Notes: generated by a model not told the origin, from the letters alone. A stretch of DNA of 17,652 nucleotides from Nitrospirota bacterium (GCA_029858565.1 JAOUEV010000064.1:1-17652); one strand, 5' to 3'. Numbered from the stretch's first letter, positions 1-9,374 are shown. Numbers and translations are program-made.

Positions 1-14
1 CTGTGAGTGGATCA

Positions 15-105
15 GTGACGAGAGACGAGCGAAAAGTGACGAGTGGCCATTCTCGCTCCTGAACTACATTTATTTCTCGTCTCTTGTCTCTCGTCGCTTG
101 TCTCT
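15..105. repeat. Imperfect inverted repeat built of 7-nt units, just 3' of the MCP stop
   Basis: 75-102 reads TCTCGTC TCTTGTC TCTCGTC GCTTGTC. 15-43 carries complementary GACGAGA/GACGAGC units. Can fold into a hairpin in the MCP 3' UTR. Confidence 0.6.
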
Positions 106-109
106 GCTC

Positions 110-1840
110 TTAAAACTTCTCGAACTCGTGGTCCTTGGCGTCGGCCTTGCCGCCGGGCTTGGACATGTCCAGATGCACGCCCGCGCCCGCGGGCTTCGCG
201 GTCCTGGCAGCCACATGGGCGATCTGAGGATGATGGGCCGCGCGCACTGCTTTGCGCTGCGTTGCGGGCATCGCCCGCTGGTCAACTCCATTTGTCTTGA
301 AGAACGAGATTGTGGACTGGAGTTGGTCCGCCTGGGACGAAAGCTCCTCTGCTGTGGAGGCCATTTCCTCGGCCGCTCCGGCATTCTGCTGCACCACCTG
401 GTTCAGTTGCTGGATCGCGCCGTTGATCTGGTCCGCTCCGCCCGCCTGTTCCTTGGACGAGGCGCTGATCTCCTGCACCAGTTCCGCGGTCTTCTGGATG
501 TCAGGCACCAGCTTGGCCAGCATGGTTCCGGCGCGCTCCGCCACCTCGACGCTCGAACCGGACAGATCGCTGATCTCCGCTGCTGCTGTCTGGCTTCGCT
601 CGGCGAGCTTCCGCACTTCCGATGCCACCACCGCGAATCCCTTGCCGTGCTCGCCTGCCCGGGCAGCTTCGATCGCCGCGTTCAGGGCCAGAAGGTTCGT
701 CTGGCGCGCGATCTCCTCGATGATCGTGATCTTCTGGGCAATCTGCTTCATGGCGGCCATTGCGTCGGTAACAGCCTTGCCGCTTTCCTGGGCGTCGTTC
801 GCGCTCTTCTGCGCGATCTTCTCGGTCTGCATGGCGTTATCCGCGTTCTGGCGGATCGTGGCGTTCATCTCTTCGATTGACGACGAAGCTTCTTCGGTAG
901 ATGCAGCCTGCTCGGTCGTACCCTGGGACATCTGCTGGGCCCCGGCCGAGAGCTGGTCGCTGCCCGATGCGACGTTGTCAGCCGCAGTCTTGACGTCGGA
1001 CACAACTCCCTGGAGCTTCTCGACCATGGTCTTCATGGCCCCAAGCAACTGGCCTGTCTCATCCTTGCTTCGCACCTCGATATTGAATGTAAGATCTCCC
1101 TTGGCAAGCTTTTCAGATATCGCAACTCCTTCAGCAAGTGGCCTGGTAATGCTGCGGGACAACGTGTACCCGATCCCGGCAGCCAGAATGAGTCCCAGAA
1201 CAGTGAATAACAGGACCAGCCGGTTTGCCATTGCGTGTGCCGCATCAGCGACCGCCATGGCATCCTGCATTTCCATGCCTGCAAGTTTCTCTGCGTCCTC
1301 CATATACTTATGGATCACTTCACCGGTCTTGTCCATATCAGCCATGACCGCGCGCGCTCGAACGTCCCCCTCGGTGAGCTTCCTTGAAATAGCCTGTGCA
1401 CGGTGGATCTCGAATATGTCTTTTGCCTGCCTGTCCAGCGTCTCGTGAGCTTTCCTGGCCTCTTCGAGCATCCGGAGAAGTTCCTTATTCGTAGTCGCGA
1501 TGATCTTCACCCCGTCAATGGTACCGCCCTTGCTCACAGCCTCCTCTTTGCGATCGAATTCCGCGGACACTGTTGAAAATTCCTTTTCCATGGCAGCCAG
1601 CTTGGTCGGATCCACCGCAAGCATGTATTCCGCGGCAATATCCTGCATCACCAAGAGGTCGGCCTTCATCTCCATTACCGTGTCTGCAACAGGAACTTCC
1701 TCCTCAAGAATTGAGTCCGCGGCGGCCATCACCGTGTTCAATTGGATATAGGATACTACCCCCACAATGACCAGCAGTAACGTCACCAGAAAAAATCCCG
1801 CCAACAATCTTGTCCCGATCTTCACATCGCTCAGTTTCAT
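110..1840 (-). CDS. Methyl-accepting chemotaxis protein (TM-periplasmic sensor-TM-HAMP-signalling domain, C-terminal pentapeptide)
   Basis: Hairpin-tip motif [40 protein letters not shown], two TM helices, HAMP (ITRPL...DETGQL), C-terminal EFEKF tether. Start moved to ATG 1840 ([12 protein letters not shown]), which has a GGAGG RBS 8 nt upstream. Confidence 0.97.
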   Translation of the reverse strand: MKLSDVKIGTRLLAGFFLVTLLLVIVGVVSYIQLNTVMAAADSILEEEVPVADTVMEMKADLLVMQDIAAEYMLAVDPTKLAAMEKEFSTVSAEFDRKEEAVSKGGTIDGVKIIATTNKELLRMLEEARKAHETLDRQAKDIFEIHRAQAISRKLTEGDVRARAVMADMDKTGEVIHKYMEDAEKLAGMEMQDAMAVADAAHAMANRLVLLFTVLGLILAAGIGYTLSRSITRPLAEGVAISEKLAKGDLTFNIEVRSKDETGQLLGAMKTMVEKLQGVVSDVKTAADNVASGSDQLSAGAQQMSQGTTEQAASTEEASSSIEEMNATIRQNADNAMQTEKIAQKSANDAQESGKAVTDAMAAMKQIAQKITIIEEIARQTNLLALNAAIEAARAGEHGKGFAVVASEVRKLAERSQTAAAEISDLSGSSVEVAERAGTMLAKLVPDIQKTAELVQEISASSKEQAGGADQINGAIQQLNQVVQQNAGAAEEMASTAEELSSQADQLQSTISFFKTNGVDQRAMPATQRKAVRAAHHPQIAHVAARTAKPAGAGVHLDMSKPGGKADAKDHEFEKF

Positions 1841-1987
1841 AACAGGTACCTCCGTTGTTCCGATGATTTCCGCATCGTGAGATTTATTCACACCTGACAG
1901 GTGAAGCGTAAGAGACAACCTTTTTCAGGCTATAGTGCTTTCAGTCCGACCGTACGATCGCACCAACTTGGTGCACGTATGTCTTAT

Positions 1988-2068
1988 TCAACTATTGATG
2001 ATAAGCATCAACAACAGCAAACCGAAACCAAAACCCAACCGTGCACCAATACGAAGATTCTTTAGCAT
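1988..2068 (-). pseudogene. Truncated chemoreceptor N-terminus (26 aa) or leader ORF
   Basis: AAGGAGGAGACC-ATG then MLKNLRIGARLGFGFGLLLLMLIINS-TGA. This is the typical MCP start (KNLKIGxRLxxGF + TM1) and stops within TM1. Not in the ORF track. Confidence 0.75.
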
Positions 2069-2178
2069 GGTCTCCTCCTTCAGCCTACTCAGCTTGAACT
2101 TGAATTATTGCAATAAGTGCATTTTGCAGATTTTCTAGGAGTCCTGCAGTACACCTCAATGCCGTATATTTATGAATT

Positions 2179-2195
2179 TGCAGTATATGTGCCAA
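2179..2195 (-). promoter_or_regulatory. Sigma54 (-24/-12) promoter
   Basis: Minus strand TTGGCACATATACTGCA = TGGCAC-N5-CTGCA with exact GG-N10-GC spacing, oriented toward the MCP. Confidence 0.8.
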
Positions 2196-2267
2196 TTTAC
2201 ACTATTTATTTTTGCTTTTGATGTTCTAAAGTTACGATTATCAGCAATGCCGCATTGGTTTTCACCC

Positions 2268-2302
2268 GTCTCAGATTGAGACTTGCGGTGTCATGTTGAG
2301 AC
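2268..2302. promoter_or_regulatory. Tandem palindromic enhancer-like (bEBP UAS) sites
   Basis: GTCTCA-gat-TGAGAC (2268-2282) and GTGTCA-tgt-TGAGAC (2288-2302), 20 bp period, about 100-135 bp upstream of the predicted sigma54 start, with an AT-rich spacer between them and the promoter. Confidence 0.7.
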
Positions 2303-2441
2303 TGGGCAAGCTAACAGACCTGCTGAGTTACAGTACGCTGAAAAGGAAGGAAGGCAGGTGATAAAACGAGGAGCTAGGAGACTGATGCTTCGTTTTGGGG
2401 ACGTCCGGACCTGGTGGCCCGAACGTGGTTAGTGCGGCGGA

Positions 2442-3299
2442 TCAGAACCGCACTGCCATGCCCGCGAGAACGGTCCTGTCCGTCTCAGGATCAGTAATTC
2501 CGATCTTGACGCCCCCATCAACGTCAATGTGTTCTGTGATGGCATAGATGATCCCGATGAGTCCGAAAGCAGGATCACGGTCACTTGCTTTGTCAGGATT
2601 CCGCTCCTGGCCGATGTTCGCCACAACCCGGAGACCCTCGACCAGTTCGTATTCACAGGCCACGGAAACATGGTATATATCCTCCCGCTCATCAAAGCGG
2701 TTGCTGTTCCGGATGTATCCGATGTTCTGATGGAACGTCAGGGGCTTGAACTCCTCGGTCGCTATGAAGAACATTCCGAATCCGTATTTACCTGCTCCAA
2801 GCCCCTTTTCCTCGTCTCCCGTCGGCATGCTGATGCCGGGCTTGAGCGCCATGCTCAGGCCCTCTCGCTCGAAAAACCGCCACTTCAGTTCGACTGCCAC
2901 GTCCGACAGCCCTTTTTCACTTATTAAAGTGGAAGCGGGGATAGTGATATCTGTTTCCCGTCCCTCGACCTGGAGGTAGGGAATGCCGATGATTACATCA
3001 ACAGTATCCGAAGCACCGTAGGCAAGCGTGACACCCGCTTCGACAGCGCGCTCAGTGGTCTCTATTCCCTGCGATTCTTCACGGTCAGACCCGTACTCGC
3101 CGTTCACTTCAAGCTGGAACTTCCCTGTTCCCTGCGTACCCGTGTCATCGCTGATCAGGGGGTGCGCGGCCTGGGCCGGCCGGATCAACGTAAGAGTTAT
3201 CAATAGAGCCGTCAGAATAATACCGATGCTGAGTGTGTTTGCCCGGCACATGCTGCCGCCGAGACACCCGGTGAGTTTCTGTTCAGATATTTTTTCCAT
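2442..3299 (-). CDS. Outer-membrane beta-barrel 'transporter' (MetA-pathway/phenol-degradation-like family)
   Basis: Signal peptide ending AQA-AHPLISDDTGTQGTGKFQLE, amphipathic beta-strands, GLSDVAVELKWRF and LKPGISMPTGD motifs, C-terminal Phe. Start uncertain (3299 or 3251). Confidence 0.75.
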   Translation of the reverse strand: MEKISEQKLTGCLGGSMCRANTLSIGIILTALLITLTLIRPAQAAHPLISDDTGTQGTGKFQLEVNGEYGSDREESQGIETTERAVEAGVTLAYGASDTVDVIIGIPYLQVEGRETDITIPASTLISEKGLSDVAVELKWRFFEREGLSMALKPGISMPTGDEEKGLGAGKYGFGMFFIATEEFKPLTFHQNIGYIRNSNRFDEREDIYHVSVACEYELVEGLRVVANIGQERNPDKASDRDPAFGLIGIIYAITEHIDVDGGVKIGITDPETDRTVLAGMAVRF

Positions 3300-3597
3300 A
3301 ATCAGTCTTCCCCCATTCCCGTAAGCCCATATGATCACAACGTCATGGGCGGACAATTACGATCACTTGCCGCCGGTGCCGCTGCTGTATGCCGCTGTTT
3401 TCCCTTCAGTATAGCATACTATTCACGTGTTCATAGCGCACAATATCTGAAGTAAGATGTCAGGTAATATCCACTTGTGTGACGATACATGCAAGGGCTC
3501 TCATGCGTATCTGTTCATTCCAATCGATTGTGATTTCCGGGAGATAGTGATGATCGACCGCAAAGAAGTGCAAAGACAATGATATTTATTAGACTGC

Positions 3598-4932
3598 TTA
3601 CTGGATGGCTCTCTGGTATTTTTTTAGTCTACGGAAGATCGTTGCCCGGGATACGCCAAGCGCTTCGGCGGTCTTGTTCACGTCACCGCCGCACCGGTCG
3701 AGTGCCGCGCGGATGGATTCCATCTCAACGCGCTCCAGGTCCTTGATCCTCTCGTTTGCTGCTGCAAATGCCGCGGGCTGGCTCAGACCGGGGAAATGGG
3801 GGGGTTCCAGCGCCTTGCCCCGAGAGAGCAGCATTGCCCGCTCCAGCACGTTCCTGAGCTCCCGGACATTGCCGGGCCAGGGATAGGATTCGAGCAGGGA
3901 AAGGACCGACCGGTCCACATCGCGGTATTGGTAATTGAGGAATGCGAGCAGCTGCCGCACAAGGCCCGGAATATCGTCACAGCGTTCGCGCAATGGGGGA
4001 ATGCGCACCGGCAGGACCTGGATGCGGTACAGGAGGTCTTTCCGGAAACGGCCCTGGGCTGCCTCGGCCTCCAGGTCTTTGTTCGTGGCGCAGATCAGAC
4101 GGAAATTGCTCTTTCGCTCCTTTACCTCGCCGAGACGACGATAGGTCTTGTCCTCGATCACTTTCAGGAACTGGGCCTGGATGGCGATGTCCATGTCCCC
4201 GATCTCGTCGAGCAAGAGTGTACCCCCGTTGGCCACATCGAGCAACCCCTGGCGGTCCTGTACCGCCGACGTGAAGGCGCCCCGGGCGTGGCCGAACAGT
4301 TCGCTGGCAAGCAGCTCGCCCCGCAGTGCCGAACAGTTCACTTCCACGAACAGACTCGCGCTCCGGTTGCCGTTGTCATGGATCCATCGGGCCAGCACGC
4401 CCTTGCCAGCGCCGGTCTCGCCGGTGATCAGCAACGGGGCCTCGCTGTCCGATGCCAGTCCCGCGACCTCCATGACCGACCGCATGGCGGGGCTCGATCC
4501 AAAATCCGGCCGCGTCCGTGCGCCGAGCACCTGGCAGGCCCGGGACGTTCTCTTGAGCACACCCACTTCAAGGCTTTTCTGGACAATGACCTTGAGGTCC
4601 GAGAGCCGCACCGGCTTGGCCAGGAAGTTGTCCGCTCCCCGCTGCATGGCCTCCACCGCAAGGGGGATGTCGCCATGGCCCGTGATCATGATGATCGCCA
4701 TATCCGGCCCGGCAGTGCGGAGCTCTCCGATGAAATCCATTCCCGTACCATCGGCAAGGAACTGGTCGAGGATAACAGCGTCAAAGCTTCGTGCCGTGAT
4801 CAGCGCCCGAGCTTCAGCTAGGGACACTGCCGTCTTCACCTCGAACCCGGAATCGGTGAGGAATCGCGAGAACAACTCGCAGATCGCTGTTTCGTCGTCA
4901 ATGACCAGTATGCCGGGTCGCGCGGTTTTCAT
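3598..4932 (-). CDS. Sigma54-dependent response regulator (REC-AAA+-Fis HTH, NtrC/AtoC family)
   Basis: REC (IDDE, ILD, ITGHG, AKP), Walker A GETGAGKG, ELFGHARGAFTSA, Walker B LLLDEIG, WPGNVREL, HTH TAEALGVSRATIFRRL. Confidence 0.97.
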   Translation of the reverse strand: MKTARPGILVIDDETAICELFSRFLTDSGFEVKTAVSLAEARALITARSFDAVILDQFLADGTGMDFIGELRTAGPDMAIIMITGHGDIPLAVEAMQRGADNFLAKPVRLSDLKVIVQKSLEVGVLKRTSRACQVLGARTRPDFGSSPAMRSVMEVAGLASDSEAPLLITGETGAGKGVLARWIHDNGNRSASLFVEVNCSALRGELLASELFGHARGAFTSAVQDRQGLLDVANGGTLLLDEIGDMDIAIQAQFLKVIEDKTYRRLGEVKERKSNFRLICATNKDLEAEAAQGRFRKDLLYRIQVLPVRIPPLRERCDDIPGLVRQLLAFLNYQYRDVDRSVLSLLESYPWPGNVRELRNVLERAMLLSRGKALEPPHFPGLSQPAAFAAANERIKDLERVEMESIRAALDRCGGDVNKTAEALGVSRATIFRRLKKYQRAIQ

Positions 4933-5213
4933 GGAATAATGAATTTACTCTGCCTTCCCAGAAACGTGATCATCAATATTTGCAGAAAATAGCACAAAAA
5001 GCAACCTCTTTTCCGCATAGGCCCGTTAATTTTCGGTAAATTTCCTCCCCTGCAGCACGTACGTTTTCGCGATCGCAGATGATTCACCAGGACAATCAGG
5101 CGACCGCTGGCACGGTGGATACTGAAACTCCACTCACTGCATCCCTTTTACGGTTTTTTTCCGCGTCTTCAGTGTCAAAATGCCTTCACGGTTTCTTGCA
5201 GCTGAAATAGCGT

Positions 5214-6140
5214 TTACTTCACCGCATCGAGCGGGAGCAGCACAATCTCGATGCGGCGGTTCTTGGCTTTTCCTTCGTCGCTATCGTTCGCTGCCACGGG
5301 ACGATATTCCGCGTATCCCTCGGCGCTCAGGAACGCCGGATTGACGCCGCGTTCCTGCAGGTACCGCACGACCGTGGTGGCACGCGCCGTGGCAAGCTCC
5401 CAGTTCGTGGGGAACCGGTCGGCAAGCCGTGAACTGATCGGGACATTGTCCGTATGGCCCTCCACCTTGATCTGCTGCTTTGCCACGGACTTCAGGATGT
5501 CGGCCACACGGTCAAGCACCTTTTTCCCGTTGCCCTTGATGACCGCGCTGCCGGAATCGAACAGGATCTTCTCCACCAGGTTCACGGTCAGCTTGTCCCG
5601 GAGCTGGGTGATCTGGACCTCGCCCTCTTTGATCTCCTGTTTCAACTCCGACACCAGACTGTCGTAGGTGTTCTTCACCCGGGCAATGGCCTGGTCTTTT
5701 TCCTCTATCGCCTTCGCCTTCTCGAGCGTGAGCTGGTCCACCAGCTCCTTCAGTTCTCCGATGTGCCTGTTCCGCGCGGCAAGCTCCTGGTCCATGGTCT
5801 GGATGCGGTTCCCATTCTCGGACAAGCGGTTCTTAAGATCAACGACCTCCCGGGACAACTGGTCGCGCTTGGTCTCCAGGGTGCTCTTGATGTTGGCGTT
5901 CTCCTGCTGGAGAACGGCCTTTTCCTTTTCCAGCTGCTCTTTCTGCTTTGTCAGTTCATCGTGCTTCTGCTTCAGGTCCGCCAGTTCCTTTTCCGTGGCC
6001 TGGCTCTTCGTCTCCAGTCCGGACAGGTCCCTCTTGAGCCCCTCGTTCTCCGCAAGCTTGGTCGTATATTCGGATTTCATGACGCACCCCGAAAGGAGCA
6101 GCGCCGTCATCACCGCGAACAGCTGGATATTCCTGATCAT
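5214..6140 (-). CDS. OmpA/MotB-like peptidoglycan-binding lipoprotein with long coiled coil
   Basis: Lipobox LLSG-C, coiled-coil region, C-terminal ILFDSG...VEGHTDNVP...NWELATARA...NRRIEI. Start at ATG 6140 with AAAGGA RBS. The ORF-track extension to 6254 runs into the sufBD remnant. Confidence 0.9.
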   Translation of the reverse strand: MIRNIQLFAVMTALLLSGCVMKSEYTTKLAENEGLKRDLSGLETKSQATEKELADLKQKHDELTKQKEQLEKEKAVLQQENANIKSTLETKRDQLSREVVDLKNRLSENGNRIQTMDQELAARNRHIGELKELVDQLTLEKAKAIEEKDQAIARVKNTYDSLVSELKQEIKEGEVQITQLRDKLTVNLVEKILFDSGSAVIKGNGKKVLDRVADILKSVAKQQIKVEGHTDNVPISSRLADRFPTNWELATARATTVVRYLQERGVNPAFLSAEGYAEYRPVAANDSDEGKAKNRRIEIVLLPLDAVK

Positions 6141-6199
6141 TTCCATTCCTTTCCCGATCTGAAAGTAGCCGCCTATGGGAATCAGTATACCAGAATTCT

Positions 6200-6336
6200 C
6201 TATTGTAAAGACGCCTTTGACGATGACACACCGCCTCTTGCGGTGACAGACCATGGGTCATGAGCGTTTCCATCCGGCGTTTGTCCACGCTCCCGATGGC
6301 GGCTTCGTAAGCGATCTGCGCGCCGGCGACGTTCAC
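6200..6336 (-). pseudogene. Diverged duplicate of the 3' end of the sufBD/smsB gene
   Basis: Translates VNVAGAQIAYEAAIGSVDKRRMETLMTHGLSPQEAV, then after a frameshift VIVKGV, versus intact VNNPGAKVTHEAAIGSVDKRQMETLMAHGLSPQEAVDVIVKGILR. 6229-6336 vs 9494-9601: 90/108 identical by hand count. Confidence 0.9.
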
Positions 6337-8528
6337 TGGAAAAAAGCCTGCACGGAAGACTCCAGGACTGCCCGTACTTTTCCGAGCAGTTCGTTGGGGG
6401 TGCAGGGTTTCGACAAAAAATTGACATGATTGTTCAACATACCCTGCTGCCCGATAAGCTCGGCTGTGTATCCGCTGGTGAACAGGACCTTGATGCCGGG
6501 CCGCGTGCGGCGGATTTCTTCATAAGCCTCCTTGCCGTTCTTTTTCGGCATGATCACATCGAGGAGCAGGAGGTCGACAGCGTCCGGCCGTTCCTTGAAG
6601 CGCTCCACTGCTTCGATGCCATTGGACGCCTCGACGACCGTATATCCAGCCTCTTCCAGGATGGTTTTCGTGTATTTCCGCAAGGGTTCATCATCTTCAG
6701 CCAGCAGGATCCGCTCCGTGCCGCGCTGTATCTCGAAAACAGGCTCCGTCGGTAACGTCTCTCTCGGGGCAGCGACCATCGGCAAGTATATCTTGAATGT
6801 CGTGCCTTTGCCCGGCGTGCTGTAGCAATTGATATAGCCGTTGTTCTGTTTCACGATGCCGTACACCATCGAAAGACCGAGACCGGTCCCGCGTCCCGGC
6901 TCCTTGGTGGTAAAAAAGGGTTCGAATATGTGCTCCTGCGTCTTCTTGTCCATGCCGATCCCCGTATCGGATACTGAGATCATCACGTAGGTGCCGATCG
7001 CTGCTTCGCCGTGCCGTATCCGGAAGCGCTCATCCAGCCGGACCCTCGCGGTCTCAATGATCAGGCTTCCTCCCTGCGGCATGGCATCGCGGGCGTTGGT
7101 CGCCAGGTTGATCAGGACCTGCTCCATCTGCACGGGATCGATAAAAATGGTCAGCGATGCACGGTGAAGCATTGTCCTGAACTCGATATCCTCCCGAAGT
7201 GTGCGGAGCAACAGTTTTTCCATACGATTGATGCACTCATTTACATTGACGTTCGTCGGGTTTGCGACCTGCTTCCTGCTGAAGGCCATCAAGCTCCTGA
7301 TCAGCGCGGCAGCGCGCTCGGACGCATGAAGGATCTCGTCCACATTGTTCCGGAGCGGATCGCCGGCAGCCATCTTCATGCGTAAAATACTGCCATATCC
7401 GATGATCGCGGAGAGAATATTATTGAAATCGTGCGCTATGCCGCCTGTCAGAAGACCGACTGCCTCCATCTTCTGGGCCTGGCGCAGCTGATCTTCCAGT
7501 GCACGGCGCTCGGAAATGTCCTCCAGCAGGGCCACCGCGTGCGTGATCCCGCCCTTATCGTTCTGGATCGGCGACAGGGAAGCGAACTGCCAGAACAGTT
7601 TTCCGTTCTTCCGGACGCTTTGAAACTCGCCCCGCCATGTTTTGCCGCTCAAAATCTCCTGCCAGATCGCCTCAAAGTCCGGAGCTGCCTCCGTTCCGGC
7701 CTTCAGGATGAGGATGTCCTTGCCCAGCATTTCTCCTGGACCGTAGCCCATGACATCGTTGAATTTCGGATTCACGTACTCAACAATACCGTTCCGGTCC
7801 GTGATGACGATGGACACCGGGCTCTGCTCGACCGCATGGAACAGCTTGTTCAACGACTCGTTCCTCGTTATCAGCTCCGCCTGATACCCTCTGATCGATA
7901 ACCGCATCTGATCAAAGTTTTTCACCAGTTCGCCCACTTCATCATGCTGAACCGGCGGAAGCTGCGCGGCAAAATCGCCCTCCGCGAGCCGTTTTGATGC
8001 CTGGGCGAGATCGGCGACCGGCCTGCTGACCATCCGTTCGATAACGAGCCAGATGATGCCGATGGACAAAAGAATGACGAGGGAGGTGATACCAAGGAGT
8101 TGGTGGTGCCGGATATGCAGGTCCTTGAGCGGCTCGTCGAAATCGACATCAACGATCAGTTTCCCCAGGTCCGTATCCTGATAACGGACCGGCTGCTCCA
8201 TAGCGTGAATTTCGCGGTCGTTCGCGACGGGCGGCTGCGGCACGAGGGGGTAGATCTTCGTGCCGTCCCCGTTGAGGAGCCGGATGCTCAGCCAATTGAC
8301 ATTCCGCTGCTTAAGCGTGTCGAGGTTCTCATAGACCGCGTCCAGCTGGTGAGCCAGCAACAGCGGGATCAAACCTTCGACAACGCTGACCAGGTGCCGC
8401 TCGGTCGCCTGCTGGTATTCATGTTTCAAATCGACAATATGGCGCGGCGTCCAGTACCCGTACAGAAAGAGCAGCAGCACGAGAGCGATCAACACGAAAG
8501 GAAGCAGCACTTTCGTCCGCAGGTTCAT
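6333..8528 (-). CDS. Hybrid sensor histidine kinase (TM-periplasmic-TM-HAMP-PAS-HisKA-HATPase-REC)
   Basis: H-box GGIAHDFNNIL, N-box QVLINLATNARDAM, G boxes DTGIGM and GTGLGL, PAS (VEQSPVSIVITD...YVNP), C-terminal REC (AEDD, LLDVIMP, SKP). Starts 3 nt after the upstream stop. Confidence 0.96.
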   Translation of the reverse strand: MNLRTKVLLPFVLIALVLLLFLYGYWTPRHIVDLKHEYQQATERHLVSVVEGLIPLLLAHQLDAVYENLDTLKQRNVNWLSIRLLNGDGTKIYPLVPQPPVANDREIHAMEQPVRYQDTDLGKLIVDVDFDEPLKDLHIRHHQLLGITSLVILLSIGIIWLVIERMVSRPVADLAQASKRLAEGDFAAQLPPVQHDEVGELVKNFDQMRLSIRGYQAELITRNESLNKLFHAVEQSPVSIVITDRNGIVEYVNPKFNDVMGYGPGEMLGKDILILKAGTEAAPDFEAIWQEILSGKTWRGEFQSVRKNGKLFWQFASLSPIQNDKGGITHAVALLEDISERRALEDQLRQAQKMEAVGLLTGGIAHDFNNILSAIIGYGSILRMKMAAGDPLRNNVDEILHASERAAALIRSLMAFSRKQVANPTNVNVNECINRMEKLLLRTLREDIEFRTMLHRASLTIFIDPVQMEQVLINLATNARDAMPQGGSLIIETARVRLDERFRIRHGEAAIGTYVMISVSDTGIGMDKKTQEHIFEPFFTTKEPGRGTGLGLSMVYGIVKQNNGYINCYSTPGKGTTFKIYLPMVAAPRETLPTEPVFEIQRGTERILLAEDDEPLRKYTKTILEEAGYTVVEASNGIEAVERFKERPDAVDLLLLDVIMPKKNGKEAYEEIRRTRPGIKVLFTSGYTAELIGQQGMLNNHVNFLSKPCTPNELLGKVRAVLESSVQAFFQ

Positions 8529-8531
8529 CCG

Positions 8532-9374
8532 CTAATCCTCCCTCCAGGCGGGGTCCCAGTACTTGTCCAGACCCCACTTCTCGATGACAAGATACTCGTC
8601 CATCGATGTTGCAACGACCTCCTTCATCGGTATCTTTTCAAGCACAGCCCGCCCCTCCTCCGTTGTTCCAAGTTCAAGGAATGCGCGCCGCACCTTTTCA
8701 CGGATTGTTTCGGGGATGCGGCGGTTCGCAGCCACAGGCAGGTTCGGCATCACCTCGGTGGTGTGCAGGACCGTGAGAAGACCGCGAATAGCAGCGTCCT
8801 GTTCCTGCAGGGTCTTTTCCACCCCCCCTCCTGCCACTGCAAGTTCCTTTGCTACGTGAAGATACACCGAGCTATGCGTCTTGACATACAGTGGTTCGAC
8901 CGTGACGTTGAAGAGCCGCTCAAGCTCCGCCCGAGTCATCAGGGTCGCGCCGATAGCGTTGGGAGAAGGAAACGCCACGGTCTTGCCCGCAAGATCCGCT
9001 ACCCTTTTAACAGTACCGTCCCTGCGCACGACTACGATGCCGCGGTGAGGCTTGTTGTCCCGGACGAGTGGGATGTAGGTGCCGGGCGTGACACCCCGTA
9101 CGATGAAGTAGGGATTCATGTACGCGAAGTCGAATTTTTGAGCCATATATTCCTTTTCGAAATCATTGATCTTGAGCGTGGTCACCAGTTTGAACGACAG
9201 GCCGGTCTTCTTTTCCAGTTCGTCTATGACCGGCTTCCAGATGGCATAGAGCTTACGCTGTTCGAATTGAGGCACGACACCGAACGAGTAAACACTGTCG
9301 TCCGCTGCAACAGCCGGAGCGATCGCATATCCTAGCAGCACGCAGGCAAATAGCATTCTTAGGATGGTGAGCAT
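8532..9374 (-). CDS. PhnD/phosphate-phosphite-phosphonate-type periplasmic binding protein, probably partner of the kinase
   Basis: Signal peptide (AVA-A), FGVVPQ...WKPV...LEKKTG, DFAYMNPY, GIVVVRRD, DLAGKTVAFPSPNA. CAGGAGG RBS before ATG 9374. No ABC permease or ATPase partner adjacent. Confidence 0.88.
   Translation of the reverse strand: MLTILRMLFACVLLGYAIAPAVAADDSVYSFGVVPQFEQRKLYAIWKPVIDELEKKTGLSFKLVTTLKINDFEKEYMAQKFDFAYMNPYFIVRGVTPGTYIPLVRDNKPHRGIVVVRRDGTVKRVADLAGKTVAFPSPNAIGATLMTRAELERLFNVTVEPLYVKTHSSVYLHVAKELAVAGGGVEKTLQEQDAAIRGLLTVLHTTEVMPNLPVAANRRIPETIREKVRRAFLELGTTEEGRAVLEKIPMKEVVATSMDEYLVIEKWGLDKYWDPAWRED

Noticed and set aside
1841-2170. c-di-GMP riboswitch in the MCP leader
   Set aside because: The GEMM-I hallmarks (GGCAAAC...GAAA...GACGCAAAGC) are not visible. 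A covariance-model search would be needed to exclude other RNAs.
3300-3597. Cobalamin riboswitch or NikR/ModE box upstream of the outer-membrane protein
   Set aside because: Only short imperfect hairpins were seen, with no convincing consensus match by eye.
5214-6140. Flagellar stator motB
   Set aside because: It has a lipobox and coiled coil rather than the Asp-containing MotB TM helix, and there is no motA neighbour.
8532-9374. Calling the binding protein aioX or a true phnD
   Set aside because: The mature protein lacks Cys, there are no aio/arr structural genes, and no phnCE transporter is adjacent.
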